In this document: positions 1-11,690 of the stretch, in pieces
Layout of the letters: each line of letters opens with the position of its first letter
Numbering within the stretch: position 1 is the stretch's first letter
NCBI RefSeq assembly: GCF_000143415.4
Contig: NW_003314296.1
Location: 849,645 to 913,644 of the forward strand
Source: Selaginella moellendorffii
Taxonomy: Eukaryota > Plantae > Lycopodiophyta
Length of the DNA: 64,000 nucleotides
Direction of reading: 5' to 3'
Translations under genes and position numbers: made by a program
The notes under the pieces: model-generated
Told to the model about the DNA's origin: nothing
Database searches by the model: none
Seen by the model: only the letters and a program-made list of their open reading frames with translations

Positions 1-163
1 CTTGTGAGGATCGAGCGAGTCGCGGCACTGCTTGATCGCTCTCGCAAAGCGCGATACTTCTTGCTTAGATCTACTCAAGGTCACAAACATGAGCTATAAG
101 AAAGTTCTCATTGTGATCTTAGATAAACTACCATCTCTCCAGGAAACCTTGCGAGAATGATCT

Positions 164-1177
164 TCATGGAATGTAGATCTTGTCCCCGGGATAGATCCTA
201 TCGGGATCGCTGGTAACGCTCATGTTGGCTTCGAAAACATCGTCCGGGGACAATCCATACTTGTTCGCGATAGAACTCATCGTATCACCTTCTTTCACCT
301 GGAGAGGAAGAGCTCAAGCTCACGAAGAAAACGATGTATAGGATACGAACCTCGTGATACTTGGACTTTTGTTTCTGGTGGCTCGTCCAGGCGAAAACTG
401 AGAGGAGGATCGTCGCGGCGGCAGTAGCAGCGACGACGAAGTATTTGCTTCGTCCCGTGTTCTTGGCTTGATCTTTCTTTTTGGAGCGATGATCGTCGTC
501 CTGTGGCACGATCCCGTCTTGATCGTCATCTTCGCGCGACAAAGACGAGGTGGAGGACGAAAGCTCCGAGTTTGCATCGCCATTTAGGAGATGGTGGTGA
601 GCGCTGGGAATGGAGGCACCGTTCTCTCGCTTGACGTCACTGATCTCTGAAAAGAGAAGAAGAAAAATCTAGAAAACCATCGTTTTTGGCTTTGCCATGG
701 AGCAAACCTTTGAGAAACCGAAGAACTAGACATATTTGTCCAACATCTCTTCCGGAAGGATCTTTCAGTGTGACCCACTGAACCGCGGTCCCGATCGAGA
801 TTAGATCACGGATGGGAACGAGAGATTTTCCCACTGGATGGCTGGAGTGATCATCCAGAAGTGTCACCTATGAAGATCAAGGAGATAGAAACACGAATAA
901 AAGGAGAAGAAGAGAACTTGTTACCGTGAGGCAAGAGTCCTCCGACGCCACATCCAGTCTAAACTCTGCTAGCCATTTGGAACTTAAGTTCTTGAGCGGC
1001 GCCGTTCTAGCCTAGAGAAAGAAATCCATCATCCAAAACTCTAGAGACGGATAAAAATAACCAGCATTTTACCTGTTCTTTGCCGATCTGTAGCAAAACA
1101 GAGGGCCGCGCATCGATCTTGACAGAGAGATTCCTTCCCTCCACCACGGATATATGAAGGTGCCCCAAGCACCGCAT
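164..1177 (-). CDS. C2-domain / linker / single TM / C-terminal LysM protein (~260 aa, 5 exons: 1177-1073, 1011-925, 867-708, 646-351, 298-164)
   Basis: Hand splicing with GT-AG introns keeps one frame: MRCLGHLHISVVEGRNLSVK...WLAEFRLDV...VGKSLVPIRDL...WVTLKDPSGRDVGQICLVLRF (C2 beta-sandwich pattern), a charged linker, hydrophobic YFVVAATAAATILLSVFAW, then YHE|VKEGDTMSSIANKYGLSPDDVFEAN...PDRIYPGDKIYIP* (LysM consensus). Confidence 0.85.
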
Positions 1178-2025
1178 TTTCTTCGCGATGGAACGAGCCC
1201 TAAAACTGCCAGAGGCACTACAAGGACATTAACGGTCCAGATCTCGCCACGGCGAAGGAGTCCAACGGTATGGTTTTAAAGTTCTTTGATATATCTTTCT
1301 AATAATACTAAAATAATATGTGGTCAAAACTTTTGTTTATCTATGTGGTATAGTAATTGATATATTTATTTTTTCAATTAATATAAGCATTATTAAGGTA
1401 TTAATGAAAATGTATGACCTGTTTTAGTTCTTGTGGTGCCTGTCTAGAAGCATAGCATGGACATCTCAAATTAGTATAGAACATGACAAATTATTATTAT
1501 TATTTTGTTTAAGCTCTCTTTCTTCATTTGATAATGATGTATAATCTAAAATCCATTTTCTATTTATAAAAGGGTACTATTGTATGTTTTTGGCAGAATT
1601 GCACTATAGCCAAGTTGCCATCGCTGACATAATGTTAGTAATGCTATGTCCTACAGTCATGACATTATATCATCACCACAACACAACCAAGACCAAATCC
1701 ATATACTCCCCCTGATACCCCTTTTATTGTTACCTGGCCTTGCCAAGTTATCACTGAGGGCCTGCAAAGTAAATGCTAAAGCTAGAGTAACACCAAAACC
1801 ATCAACACTCTCTTTTATAAGTTTGGTGTGCTAAGATATGGTTTAATACTAATCTTATTTTTAAGATGAACTTTGCTATTTGTTTGGTTAGCAAGAGCTG
1901 GAGTATTTTCTTTTTTAGTGATAGACATGTGGATCAATGTATTTCAATTTCTTTCTGAATTGTGCTCTATAGTTTAAGCAAAAATGTTGGTTTTAATGTT
2001 TTATAATTACCATTATAAATTATAA

Positions 2026-2933
2026 TTATCTCAAACAGAGAAAATGGTTATTTGTATTTGTTGTCCACCATACTTTATTTGGTGCTTTTGCCTCATATGC
2101 AACTATATTACAATCATTTTGTATAGTTAAAAATGTAAAAATAAGACAATTTAAACAATATTGTTACTAGACCAAATTGCAATTTTTTTCTCAGTATATA
2201 AAACTAAATTTCCATCATTTTGAAGAATAATTAAACATTCACCAATATAATCTATTTTATTACTTGACTTCCATAATAAATACTTTCCAGAGTAAAGAGC
2301 AAGTTGACAATTAGATTCTAATATTAATAAATTTTTACGATTTGGGGATGTTATAAACTGGCCTTTGTAAAGATAATTATTTTTAAATCCAGCATTTAAA
2401 GTAGTTAAAGTAGTATCACAAATTTTGTAAGGAGAATAAGAGTTATTATATGTATTTATTTTATCAAAAGAAAACAAATAATATTGTTTTTGAATTAAAA
2501 TATATTCAAGTTGATATACTCTAGATGTAATTCGGCAACTATCAGAAGAAGCACTAACTATATCATCTCTATATTTATTCATTAAATTACTTATTGCATG
2601 CCTCATAGAAGTACCAGTAACATTTTTACTAATTGAAGATTGTCCAGATGAACAATATGGAGTTTCACCATCCATGCGTTGAAAAGTTATTAGAATATTA
2701 CCTCTATCACCAATATTAATAACTTGTATATCTTCATAATTTTTTGGATAATATGGAATTATTGAAGTAGAGATTCTATTATGTATTAATTGAATTCCCT
2801 CATCAATTATCATTCCAATTTCATTACGAGTTAAAGTGTTATTATTTCCAAATTCTACACTCACTTTCCTTTTTGCAGAAACAATTTTAAGAATGAAAAA
2901 ATACCATATAAAGTGTTTTCTTTTGTATGACAT
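2026..2933 (-). pseudogene. Secreted-type protein: unknown N-terminal domain + bulb-type (GNA) lectin; 1-nt frameshift near 2160
   Basis: Signal-like N-terminus; B-lectin motifs ESNCQLALY and QNDGNLVLY. After the frameshift the next frame reads YCLNCLIFTFLTIQNDCNIVAYEAKAPNKVWWTTNTNNHFLCLR*, which matches the paralog at 57.5-58.3 kb. Intronless and very AT-rich. Confidence 0.75.
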
Positions 2934-3482
2934 TTTTTATACAAGAGACTTCAATTCGTTTATTTACTCTTTTTTAATTTTTTCTACCAGATTACTCTTT
3001 TCTTGTTATATATAAAAAAATTGCTGTAAAATAACAAAAAAATATCTTTAAAATATTTTTTAAAATTAACTTTAAAAAAGTGTTCCTTTTGAAAATATTT
3101 AAACTTTTTTTTCTATTTTCTAGCTGATATAATGGTGTTTTCTATAGATGACAGTGTAGCTATTTATTAAAGTTTAAACCTAATACTTTACCAATAACTT
3201 GTTTGATTTTTCTTTCTATGAATTCACTTTTTTTTTTTTTTTATCATTTGACTCTTTCCATATGTTACGTCAATATACTTGGAGAAGTTAATTGATTAAA
3301 GGCAAATGCTTCCTTCCACTGGTATTGTAGGTCAAACACACGACTTCACTCCTTTATCTCTTTAGTCAAAAAAATATAGAAAAGAAGAACCTACAGCACA
3401 ACACTGAAAAGAAACAAGAGGATAGACAAGAAACAATGCTTTTAACCTTGACTCGGACTTTTCAGCACGGAGTTCAGTCCGA

Positions 3483-4349
3483 TTACGGAAGAGAATCGCT
3501 TTGCTGCTGCCTGTTCCTTCGAAACGAAAAAACACGGCTACTCGACCACGAACGTCTCATCCTGCAATCCTCTGGCGACGACGACGACGATGGCAGCGAG
3601 GGATTTTGATCATCCGGGGGAGCACCAGCTCTCGAGAACCTCGCAAAGATCGATCGAAACAAGGGGCTCCCTTCCTCGAGACTGGAGCTCTTCTTCCTTA
3701 TCCCCGGTGTTACTACTCCTCCTGCGCGATCAGATCCTATAGTGGCATGATCTTCTAGAGGTGGAGAGGATCCATCTTCGATCACTTGGGCGGCTGCTGG
3801 ATCGATCGAGACAACGATCGCGGCCGGATCCTCAACCTGGGCTCGACACAGGGGGCAAACGTTGGAGTGGATCGAGAGCCAAGTATCGATGCACTCGACG
3901 TGGAAGCCATGGCCACACTTTGGAAGTATCTTGACGTCCTCGCCCTCTTGGAAATCGCCCAAGCACACCGCGCAGTCGGACGACACTCTCTTGCTCTTGG
4001 AGCTCTTGTAGACCGGGAGTCTCTGGATGAGCGATTTCGAGAGAGCGGGGGTCTGGATCAAGAGGGTCGGCTGCTGCTGCTGCTCTTCGGGATCGCGATC
4101 TTGTTGATGGTCTTGCGGAGGAGAATTCGACGTTTCTGGGATTTGGGGAGAGTCGCCAGTGATCCAGGATTTGTAGCAAGAGGCGAGGAGTCTGTAGTAG
4201 CTTACCAGCAAGAAGAGAATGACGAGGAGAGTGACTAGAGCAACCACAACCGGCGTGATGCTCACTGCTGCTGTTGCCATAGCGTTGTTGTTGTTGGAAA
4301 TGCGGTGACCATCTTTGTGATCTTCGTCTAGAACTCGAGCGTGATCCAT
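3483..4349 (-). CDS. ATL-type RING-H2 E3 ubiquitin ligase (TM + GLD-like motif + RING-H2)
   Basis: Hydrophobic VVVALVTLLVILFLLVSYY, ALSKSLIQRLPVY, RING-H2 CAVCLGDF...LPKCGHGFHVECIDTWL...CPLCR. Intronless; first in-frame ATG at 4349. Confidence 0.93.
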   Translation of the reverse strand: MDHARVLDEDHKDGHRISNNNNAMATAAVSITPVVVALVTLLVILFLLVSYYRLLASCYKSWITGDSPQIPETSNSPPQDHQQDRDPEEQQQQPTLLIQTPALSKSLIQRLPVYKSSKSKRVSSDCAVCLGDFQEGEDVKILPKCGHGFHVECIDTWLSIHSNVCPLCRAQVEDPAAIVVSIDPAAAQVIEDGSSPPLEDHATIGSDRAGGVVTPGIRKKSSSLEEGSPLFRSIFARFSRAGAPPDDQNPSLPSSSSSPEDCRMRRSWSSSRVFSFRRNRQQQSDSLP

Positions 4350-4474
4350 GGAGGAATGGACTCTTCCCCAAATCGGGGCTTCCACTCTTGGAACTTTTCT
4401 TCCACTCGGAGTAAAACTTTACCTTCGTATCGTCATCTAATAGACAAAGTTAACGGGATTTTAGGGTTCTTGGC

Positions 4475-4482
4475 TAGGGTTT
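4475..4482 (-). promoter_or_regulatory. Telo-box (AAACCCTA) in the ATL/RPL39 divergent promoter
   Basis: TAGGGTTT about 30 nt upstream of the RPL39 ATG; telo-boxes are typical of plant ribosomal protein promoters. Confidence 0.55.
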
Positions 4483-4512
4483 TGGAGTGTCGCCGCCGCG
4501 AGTGCTGCCGCC

Positions 4513-4803
4513 ATGGTATGTATTCTCTGTTTCGCTTTCTCAGCGTGGCGCTGATCGATTCTCGCGCAGCCGTCGCACAAGACGTTCCGGATCAAGCAGA
4601 AGCTGGGGAAGAAGCTCCGCCAGAATCGCCCAATTCCTCACTGGATAAGAATGCGGACGAACAACACCATCCGGTAAAGCGCTTTAGATTTCTCATCTCC
4701 AAGAGAAAATTTCTCACTTATTTCTTTCTTTCGTTTCTCCTTCCGAATTTGCAGCTACAATGCGAAGAGGAGGCACTGGCGAAGGACCAAATTGGGTCTT
4801 TGA
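4513..4803 (+). CDS. RPL39: 60S ribosomal protein L39 (exons 4513-4515, 4570-4673, 4755-4803)
   Basis: Spliced product [51 protein letters not shown]; GT-AG introns. Confidence 0.97.
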
Positions 4804-5049
4804 ATTCCAGTTCCAGTTCGATCGATCGATGGTAGTTCTTTTGAGATGAAATCTCTGTTAAGTCGAATCTTGGTAGGAGTTTTTGTTGATCCTTGAGGAA
4901 CTTCAGACCAAACAAAGAAATTTTAGTTTTCTAGTCCATAAGCGATGAGACTGGTTCGTGCATCTCGATGTGCTTCTATAAAACTTAGATCAAAGCTCCA
5001 AGATCGAAGCTGCAGAGCTTAGCAGATTTCCATCACAAGAGCCTCAGTG

Positions 5050-5395
5050 AGATGTGGAGCGACGATGGTGGAGTTTGTGACGTTGAGGTGGGGGCTGGCA
5101 TGGAGTTTCTCCAGTGCTGGAGCAGTGAAGGGTGGATCTGGCGCAAGTTCTTTCGGGGCTACGAGCAGCAGCGGGAGTTTTTTGGAGGGAAAATGCAGTG
5201 CATTTGAGGTGCTGGAAGATCTTGGGAGTCACTTGGAAGCTCGATGCGGCCACTTTTGCGATCCTTGGATCAACAAAACTCTGATGGCAAATTGGAGTTT
5301 AAGGAGACGTTCCAGCAAATTTCCACATGCTTGCTGACAAAAATATGGATAAGGCTAATATGGATAAGGCTAGTAGTGCAGCTCTTGGGAGCTTG
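5050..5395 (+). pseudogene. Deletion-riddled fragment of the 3' part of the METTL16/FIONA1 gene
   Basis: Shares blocks such as GAGGTGGGGGCTGGCATGGAGTTTCT with 19120-19560 but has many short deletions. Confidence 0.85.
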
Positions 5396-5666
5396 AATAT
5401 AACATTTTTGTAAAGATCATTTGCTGCTGATAAATATAGTAAACTTAATAAATTGAATATGTAGTTTTTTTTTTCTAATTTGCTAAAAACTAAACATAAA
5501 CTTGTTTACATAAATTTTTTTTAAAAAAGAGCACCATTAAGAAAAAATAATTTCACTTTGTAAAGTTTGTAAATATAAAATAAATATATAAATAAATAAA
5601 TAAATATATATATATATATAGAGTAAAGTTTATATATGTATATACATATGTATATAAATGTATGAA

Positions 5667-6259
5667 TGTAAACTCTTGAGTTTGAATTTTCTGGGAAGTC
5701 ACCCAACCTAGTACTATTCAAACCCAAGGATGCTTAACCCTAAATATCCTAAAACCCTTAACCGATTGAAAAAAGGGGTGCACTCTTATTCATAGGCCCT
5801 TGCCCTCTATATTTAAACCCTTATGGATCGTCTCTTAAGTTGTTCCTTTTGGTTGTTTACAATCCACTATGCTTCCTTGTAAATTCACACCTTCATAAAT
5901 AGAAGCTAAAAGTTACAGCTCTCTCGAGAGCTCTGTTCTCTTGACACCTTACCCTTTGGGTCAAGCTCAGTAGGAGTAAACTGGACCAGCTAAATGTCAA
6001 TCAACATATGGTGTGATTCCCCTAGCCAACCAACAGAGTCGGATCCGAAACCTCTTTGATACCAAATGTAAACTCTTAAATTTGAATTTCCCAGGAGGTT
6101 ACCCAGCCTAATACTATTCAAACTCAATAATGTTTAACCCCAAATATCCCAAGACCCTTAACCGATTGGAAAAGGGGGTGCACTCTTGTTCATGGGCCCT
6201 TTCCCTCTATATTTGATCTTATGGATCGTCTTTCAAGTTGTTCTTTTTGGTTGCTTACA
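5667..6259 (-). mobile_element. TRIM (terminal-repeat retrotransposon in miniature) with ~195-bp LTRs 5667-5861 and 6067-6259
   Basis: Both LTRs run TG...CA; 5-bp TSD ATGAA (5662-5666 and 6260-6264); tRNA-iMet PBS TGGTATCAAAGAG on the minus strand at 6064-6052; ~205-bp non-coding interior. Confidence 0.9.
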
Positions 6260-9200
6260 ATGAACCGTCCATTTAGGAGTGAATTTAATCTATCCATTCT
6301 TGTATATAAGCAGGGGTATAAACCCCAATGAAGATACTTATTCCTATATCCCGAGCACTCACATTGGTGGAGGTGAGAGGCACTGCAATTTGTCCCTAAA
6401 GGCCAAAACTTTTTGGTAGTGTTTTGCTCTAGTGTTCGGGATCGTGTTTTTTTTATTCTTATTTCTTCATTCTCTTTTAGATCTAGATTTATATTAGCTT
6501 TTTGCAAGATTTAGAATTTTAACTATTGTTGTGCTTAGATTTGCTTTTTTCTTTTGATCTTCATTGCATTTTCTTCTTCTATAATGCCACGTTGTTATCA
6601 ATCAAGGAGTATATCACTTGAGGCTATTAATGCTACTCTGTTGGATCGAATTTTTTGTGTTGTGGGGTGTGATCATATTGGTGTTGCACCCATCCTTGGT
6701 GTGTTGCCGTCTTCAGCTTTTGTGGGACATGATTACACGACTTGTCTTGTTCTCGGCGTTCTGCCATCTCTTGTTGATGTGGAGTATGATTGTGATATTG
6801 ATTGGCAAGCTATGGATGATGTAATTCAATTCTTGGAGAATGTTCGAGGATCAAGTTTATGGGAAGATGATGTGTACAAACTCGAGTGGATTCCAGAGTG
6901 TGATGATGAGCTTGATTATTATGGAGATAGCTTTGGAGATGAAATGAAAATTTCACGAAGTATGTGTCAATATTTCAATCTGCCATCTAATCCTTTCTTT
7001 TTCCCTTTTTCTTTTTCCCAACCTTTTCTTATTTCTCGGCCTGAGCCACTTGCTCATGTTCTTAGTATTTCCTCCTCATCTGCAGTGTTTTCTTCTCTTG
7101 ACACGTTGATCATTTGTGATTCTCATGATTCTCATTCTTAGTCTAGTGTTGAGTTGAATGCTTTCTGTCCTCATACTAATTTAGATGTTGAGTGTGTCCA
7201 TGAAGTTGAGAATCTTGATTTTGTTTCATTGGTAAAGTCTTTGAACAGTTTTGGTGTTGAGTATTCCCTTGTTCCAAGGGTTGAGTCACTTTGGCCAAAG
7301 TTTCAGGTTGAATGCATATCCCCACTTATGAGTGCCACTGAGAATCTTTACTTTACTATTACTGTTGAGGAATTTATATATTCCCTTGAGAGTGTGGATG
7401 TTATTATTGATTTTCCCATCTCAAGTGTTAAATTGTGTATTGAGGAGGTTGAGCGGTGTGAAATTTTTGCTTATATTGTGGTGGCCAAAGTATTTTATAA
7501 TAGGAAGTCCTTTATTTTTCAAGCTTTAAGCACATGTTCTTTTGATTTCCCCATTTCTATATTGTCAGTTATTGTAAATTCTTCTTCCGATGCTTCTTTA
7601 TCCACTTTTTCTTCTTCCATAATTGTTTTTCCTCAATTTTTCTTGTTTTCTCCTTTTTGCCCCGACATTTCAAACTTTTTTTTTTTCGGAGGAGGGGGTA
7701 GAGGGGATAGACGGGAGTCCAGCCTCGACGATGGAGTGAGGATGAGTGCATACGATAGTGGAGCGAGGACAAACAATATAGATTGTGGAGTGAGGACGAG
7801 TATATCAAATCTAAACGGAACATTTGGCCCCAACATAGTAAGGCTAAATGGATATGATAGTGGAGTGAGGCCAGACATAGATGGTGGAATGAGGACAAGC
7901 GTAATGAGTTTGAATAGAGCCAGTGCTTCAAAATTTTTTTTCCTTCAAAGAGGGGATAAAGAGAATGTAGAGGATGAATAGAGTGAGTCTGACCTCCCTA
8001 GTTCAAAATTATAGTTACATGGTTGGTTTGAGCATTTAGGAACTATATATGGAGTTACAATTAGTTCATCAAGGTTCCCTAGTCAATTAATGCTTAGGCC
8101 ATGGCTTTGAATTTTATTTCAATCATAATTATCAATAACTTTGTTGGTGGCTTTGTGGGAGCTTTAGATTTTTATGGTAGTTTATAATCACCCAGCAGAA
8201 ACTCCAAATATTCCACCTGACTTATTATCATCACCTTTTCATCTTCCAAAGGGAAGGATGGTATAAGGTTTATAAATACATATATATATTACCTTAGCTA
8301 GGTAATACACTAATTATAGTACTATAACATATGGATCATCCATTTAGGATTGAATTTAGTCCATCCATTCTTGTATAAAGTAGGGGTTTAAACCCCAATT
8401 AAGATATTTATTCCTATATCCCAAGTAGTCACAATATATATTACATTAATTATAGTACTATAACATATAAAGTGACAAGGCTGGAGATCTAGCACCTCCA
8501 ACTATATCTATTGTTGTATATAAGTAAACTCATATTAGTGGACGTAAGAGGCATTGCAATTTGTTCCTAAAAAGTAAAGATTGTAGCATGTCCTAATGTA
8601 GCACATGCTCTTTCTTTTAATTTTCATTACATTCTGTTTTTCTACCATGCCACACTATCATCAATTAAGAAATATATCACTTAAGGCTATTGATAATACT
8701 TCATTGAATTGAGCTTTTGATGTTGTGGGGTGTGATCATATTAATGATACACCCATCTTTGATATATTGCTGTCTTCAATGTCTATGGGATATGATTATA
8801 TGACTTGTCTTATTCTCAGTGTTCTTCTACCATCTTTCATTAATGTGGAGCATGATTATGATATTGATTGGCAAGTTATAGATGATGCAATCTAGTTCTT
8901 TGAGAATGTTTAAGAATTGAGTTTATGGGAAGATGATGTTTATGAGCTCGAATATATTCCAGATTGTGATAAAGAGTTTGATTATTATAGAGATAGTTAT
9001 AGAGATAAATTAGAGATTTCATAGGATAGGTATCAATCCTTTAATCTACCATCTGATCCTTTCTTTTTACTTTCTACTCTTTCCCAACTTTTTCTTATTT
9101 CTTAGACTATCTCATGTTCTTAATATTCCTTCCTCATTTGCAATATTTCCTTTTCTTGGCACATTGATCAATTTTTACTCTCATGATTTTTATTTTCAAT

Positions 9201-9658
9201 CTAATATTGAGTTAAGTGTTTTCTATTCTACTAATACTGAATGTTAAGCATATATATGAAGTTGAGAATCTTATTTTTATTTCTTTTGGTGAAGTCTTTA
9301 ATCAATTCTAATATTAAGTATTCTCTTATTCCAAGTGTTGAGTCACTCTAACTAGAGTTTCAGATTGAGTGCATGCCTCTAGTTGTAAATGCTATTGAAA
9401 GCTTTTATTTTATCATTGCTACTGAAGGGTTTATATACTCCCTTGAGAGTGTAGATTTTTCTATTAATTTTCTTGTCTCAAGTGTTAAATTATGTGTTAA
9501 AGAGGTTGAGTGGTGTGAATCACTTATTTATCTCGTGCTAGCCAAAATATTTTATCACAATGTAATCTCATAAATTTGGACTTCCTAAGTTGTATTGAGG
9601 AAGTTGAGCAATGTGAATCTTTTACTCATTTTATGCTAATTGAAGTATTTTATCATAG

Positions 9659-9845
9659 TGTAAACTCCTGAGTTTAGACTTTTTGAAAGGTCACCCAGCT
9701 TAATACTATTCAAACCTAAAGACACTTAACTGATTAAAAAATGGGGTGCACTCTTATTCATGAACTCATTCCTTTTATATTTGAACCTTTATAGATCGTC
9801 TTTTAAATAGTTCTTTTTAATTGTTTACAATTCACCATGCTTCTC
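9659..9845 (-). mobile_element. Additional degenerate LTR of the same TRIM family with adjacent PPT-side sequence
   Basis: TGTAAACTCCTGAGTTT...GGGGTGCACTCTTATTCAT...TTGTTTACA aligns with 5667-5861. Confidence 0.75.
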
Positions 9846-10817
9846 TAAAAGTTCTTTTTGAGTTATTCTTTTTTGTTATTTACACAATAGATCTTTTTTT
9901 CATTAGGCTTTGAACATATTTCTTTCTTTTCTCCCATTTCTACTTTGAAAATTATTAAAAATTCCTCTTTTAATGCTTTTTTATCCACTTTTTTTTCTTC
10001 TATAATATTTCATCCTCCCTTTAACATTTTTTTTTTCTAACATTTAAAAATTTCTTATCTTCAAAGGAGGGGGTAGAGGGGATGGATGGGAGTCCGGCTT
10101 TGATAATGGAATGAGGATGAGTGGATATAATAGTGGAGAAATAATGAACAATATAAATTGTGGAGTCAAGATGAGTATAATGAGTTTGAACAAAATATCT
10201 ATCCCTTATGTAATGAAGCCAAATGGATGTGATAGTAAAGTGAAGCTAAACATAAATGGTAAAGTGAGGACAATTGTAGTAAGTCCAAATGGAATCAATA
10301 TTTCAGAACTTTTTTTCCTTCGAAAAAGGGATAAAAAGGATGTGGAGGATAAATGAAGTGAGTGCGACCTCCAATGTGTGGTATTGGACGAGAATGACAG
10401 TTATGATTCTAAGTTAACATAGAACATAGATCTTGAATGTTGATAAAAAAAAAAGACGCAAAAGTAGATTCTACTTATGGTTGTAAGTCCGAGTTAATGA
10501 TAGTCTTGGTGGATTGTTGACAGATAAACTTAAAGATGGGATATATTATTTGCTATAATAATGCTTTATAGACTGTAGTGGCTTTCAAAGTCCTTTGCTT
10601 TAGTTCAAAAATATGGCTTTATAGTTGACTTAAGCATTTGATAATTGCATATAGAGTTGCAACTGATTCATTAGGATTCTGTAATGGACTAATACTTGTG
10701 CCATAACTTTAAAGTTTTGTGATAGTTTTTAATTGTGTAGTAAAAGCTCCAAATGTTCTATCTGACTTATTGTCATCACTTTTTCATCTTTAAGAGGGAA
10801 GGATGGTGTAAGGTTTG

Positions 10818-10832
10818 TATATGTATATATAT

Positions 10833-10910
<78 letters not shown>
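10818..10910. repeat. Compound microsatellite (TACA)n(CA)n(TA)n within LTR3
   Basis: Seen directly in the sequence. Confidence 0.95.
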
Positions 10911-10912
<2 letters not shown>

Positions 10913-11479
10913 CTATACACTAATTATAGTATTATAGCGTATGTACCATCTATTTAGGATTAAATTTGGTCCATCCACTCTTGTAAATAAGTAGAGGTCT
11001 AAACTCCAATTAACACACTTATCCTATATCCTAATCACTCATAGCTTCATTATAAGTTTTTTAATTATTTTTGTTTAATGAAAATCCTTTTTAAAAATAG
11101 TATTTATATAAATGATATATATGTCTAATTAATATTTAAAAATATATATTAAAAAATAAAAAATTATAAAATATGAGTACATGGAATACAGAAATAGAAT
11201 ATACAAATATGCATATCAATTAGCCCAAAAACCCTAGTTTATATATAAGAGCAAGTGGTCCAGATTAAAACCAATCTAACAACTATCAAAATCCTATTAT
11301 GCTAATATTAGTATACGATATTATAGCCATACATTTGGACCTTCATCACCTCCTCTAAGAATGATGAAAGATAGTCAAGGTTCTTTAGTGGATAGGCTAA
11401 GATCTAGAGGAACATTAGAAGGAGGTGTCAATGGATTTATAGATTGTGCTAATTATATTAACACCAAATCATCCACTTT

Positions 11480-11690
11480 GTATCTAACAGTAGTTGTAAA
11501 TGCATTAGCAAAAGTACTAACTTCCACCTAGCAAGTTAAGTAGTCATAAACAATAATAACATACTTAGTTTTAGCAATTGACCATGGAAAAGGCCCTATT
11601 AGATTAAATGCCACCAACTTAAATAAACAAGAAATTACAATTAACTCCAATTGTCCTTTTGTAACACAAGAGGGAGTATTATGAACTTAA
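11480..11690 (-). mobile_element. Degenerate Ty3/gypsy integrase fragment
   Basis: Minus strand reads LELIVISCLFKLVAFNLIGPFPWSIAKTKYVIIVYDYLTC*VEV, similar to the gypsy GPLP...YILVAVDYFTKWVEA motif. Confidence 0.55.

Larger units (their letters stand above)
5559..11043 (+). mobile_element. Tandem non-autonomous LTR element (LTR-internal-LTR-internal-LTR); LTRs ~5559-6363 (split by a TRIM), ~8262-8433, ~10807-11043
   Basis: Three related short repeats ending ...CACTCA(C/T)A. PBS-like TGGTGGAGGTGAGAGG follows LTR1 and a purine tract GGGAAGGATGG precedes LTR2 and LTR3. The internal segments 6364-8261 and ~8535-10806 are homologous. Confidence 0.7.

Noticed and set aside
320-583. ORF resembling a plastid transit peptide (MAMQTRSFRPPP...)
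   Set aside because: It is an alternative frame of exon 4 of the C2-TM-LysM gene and does not splice in frame to the LysM exon.
4341-4835. 164-aa ORF on the plus strand
   Set aside because: It overlaps the spliced RPL39 gene in the wrong frame and runs through its introns.
5667-6259. Retrozyme (hammerhead-bearing small LTR element)
   Set aside because: No CTGAnGA...GAAA hammerhead core was found on either strand of the LTRs.
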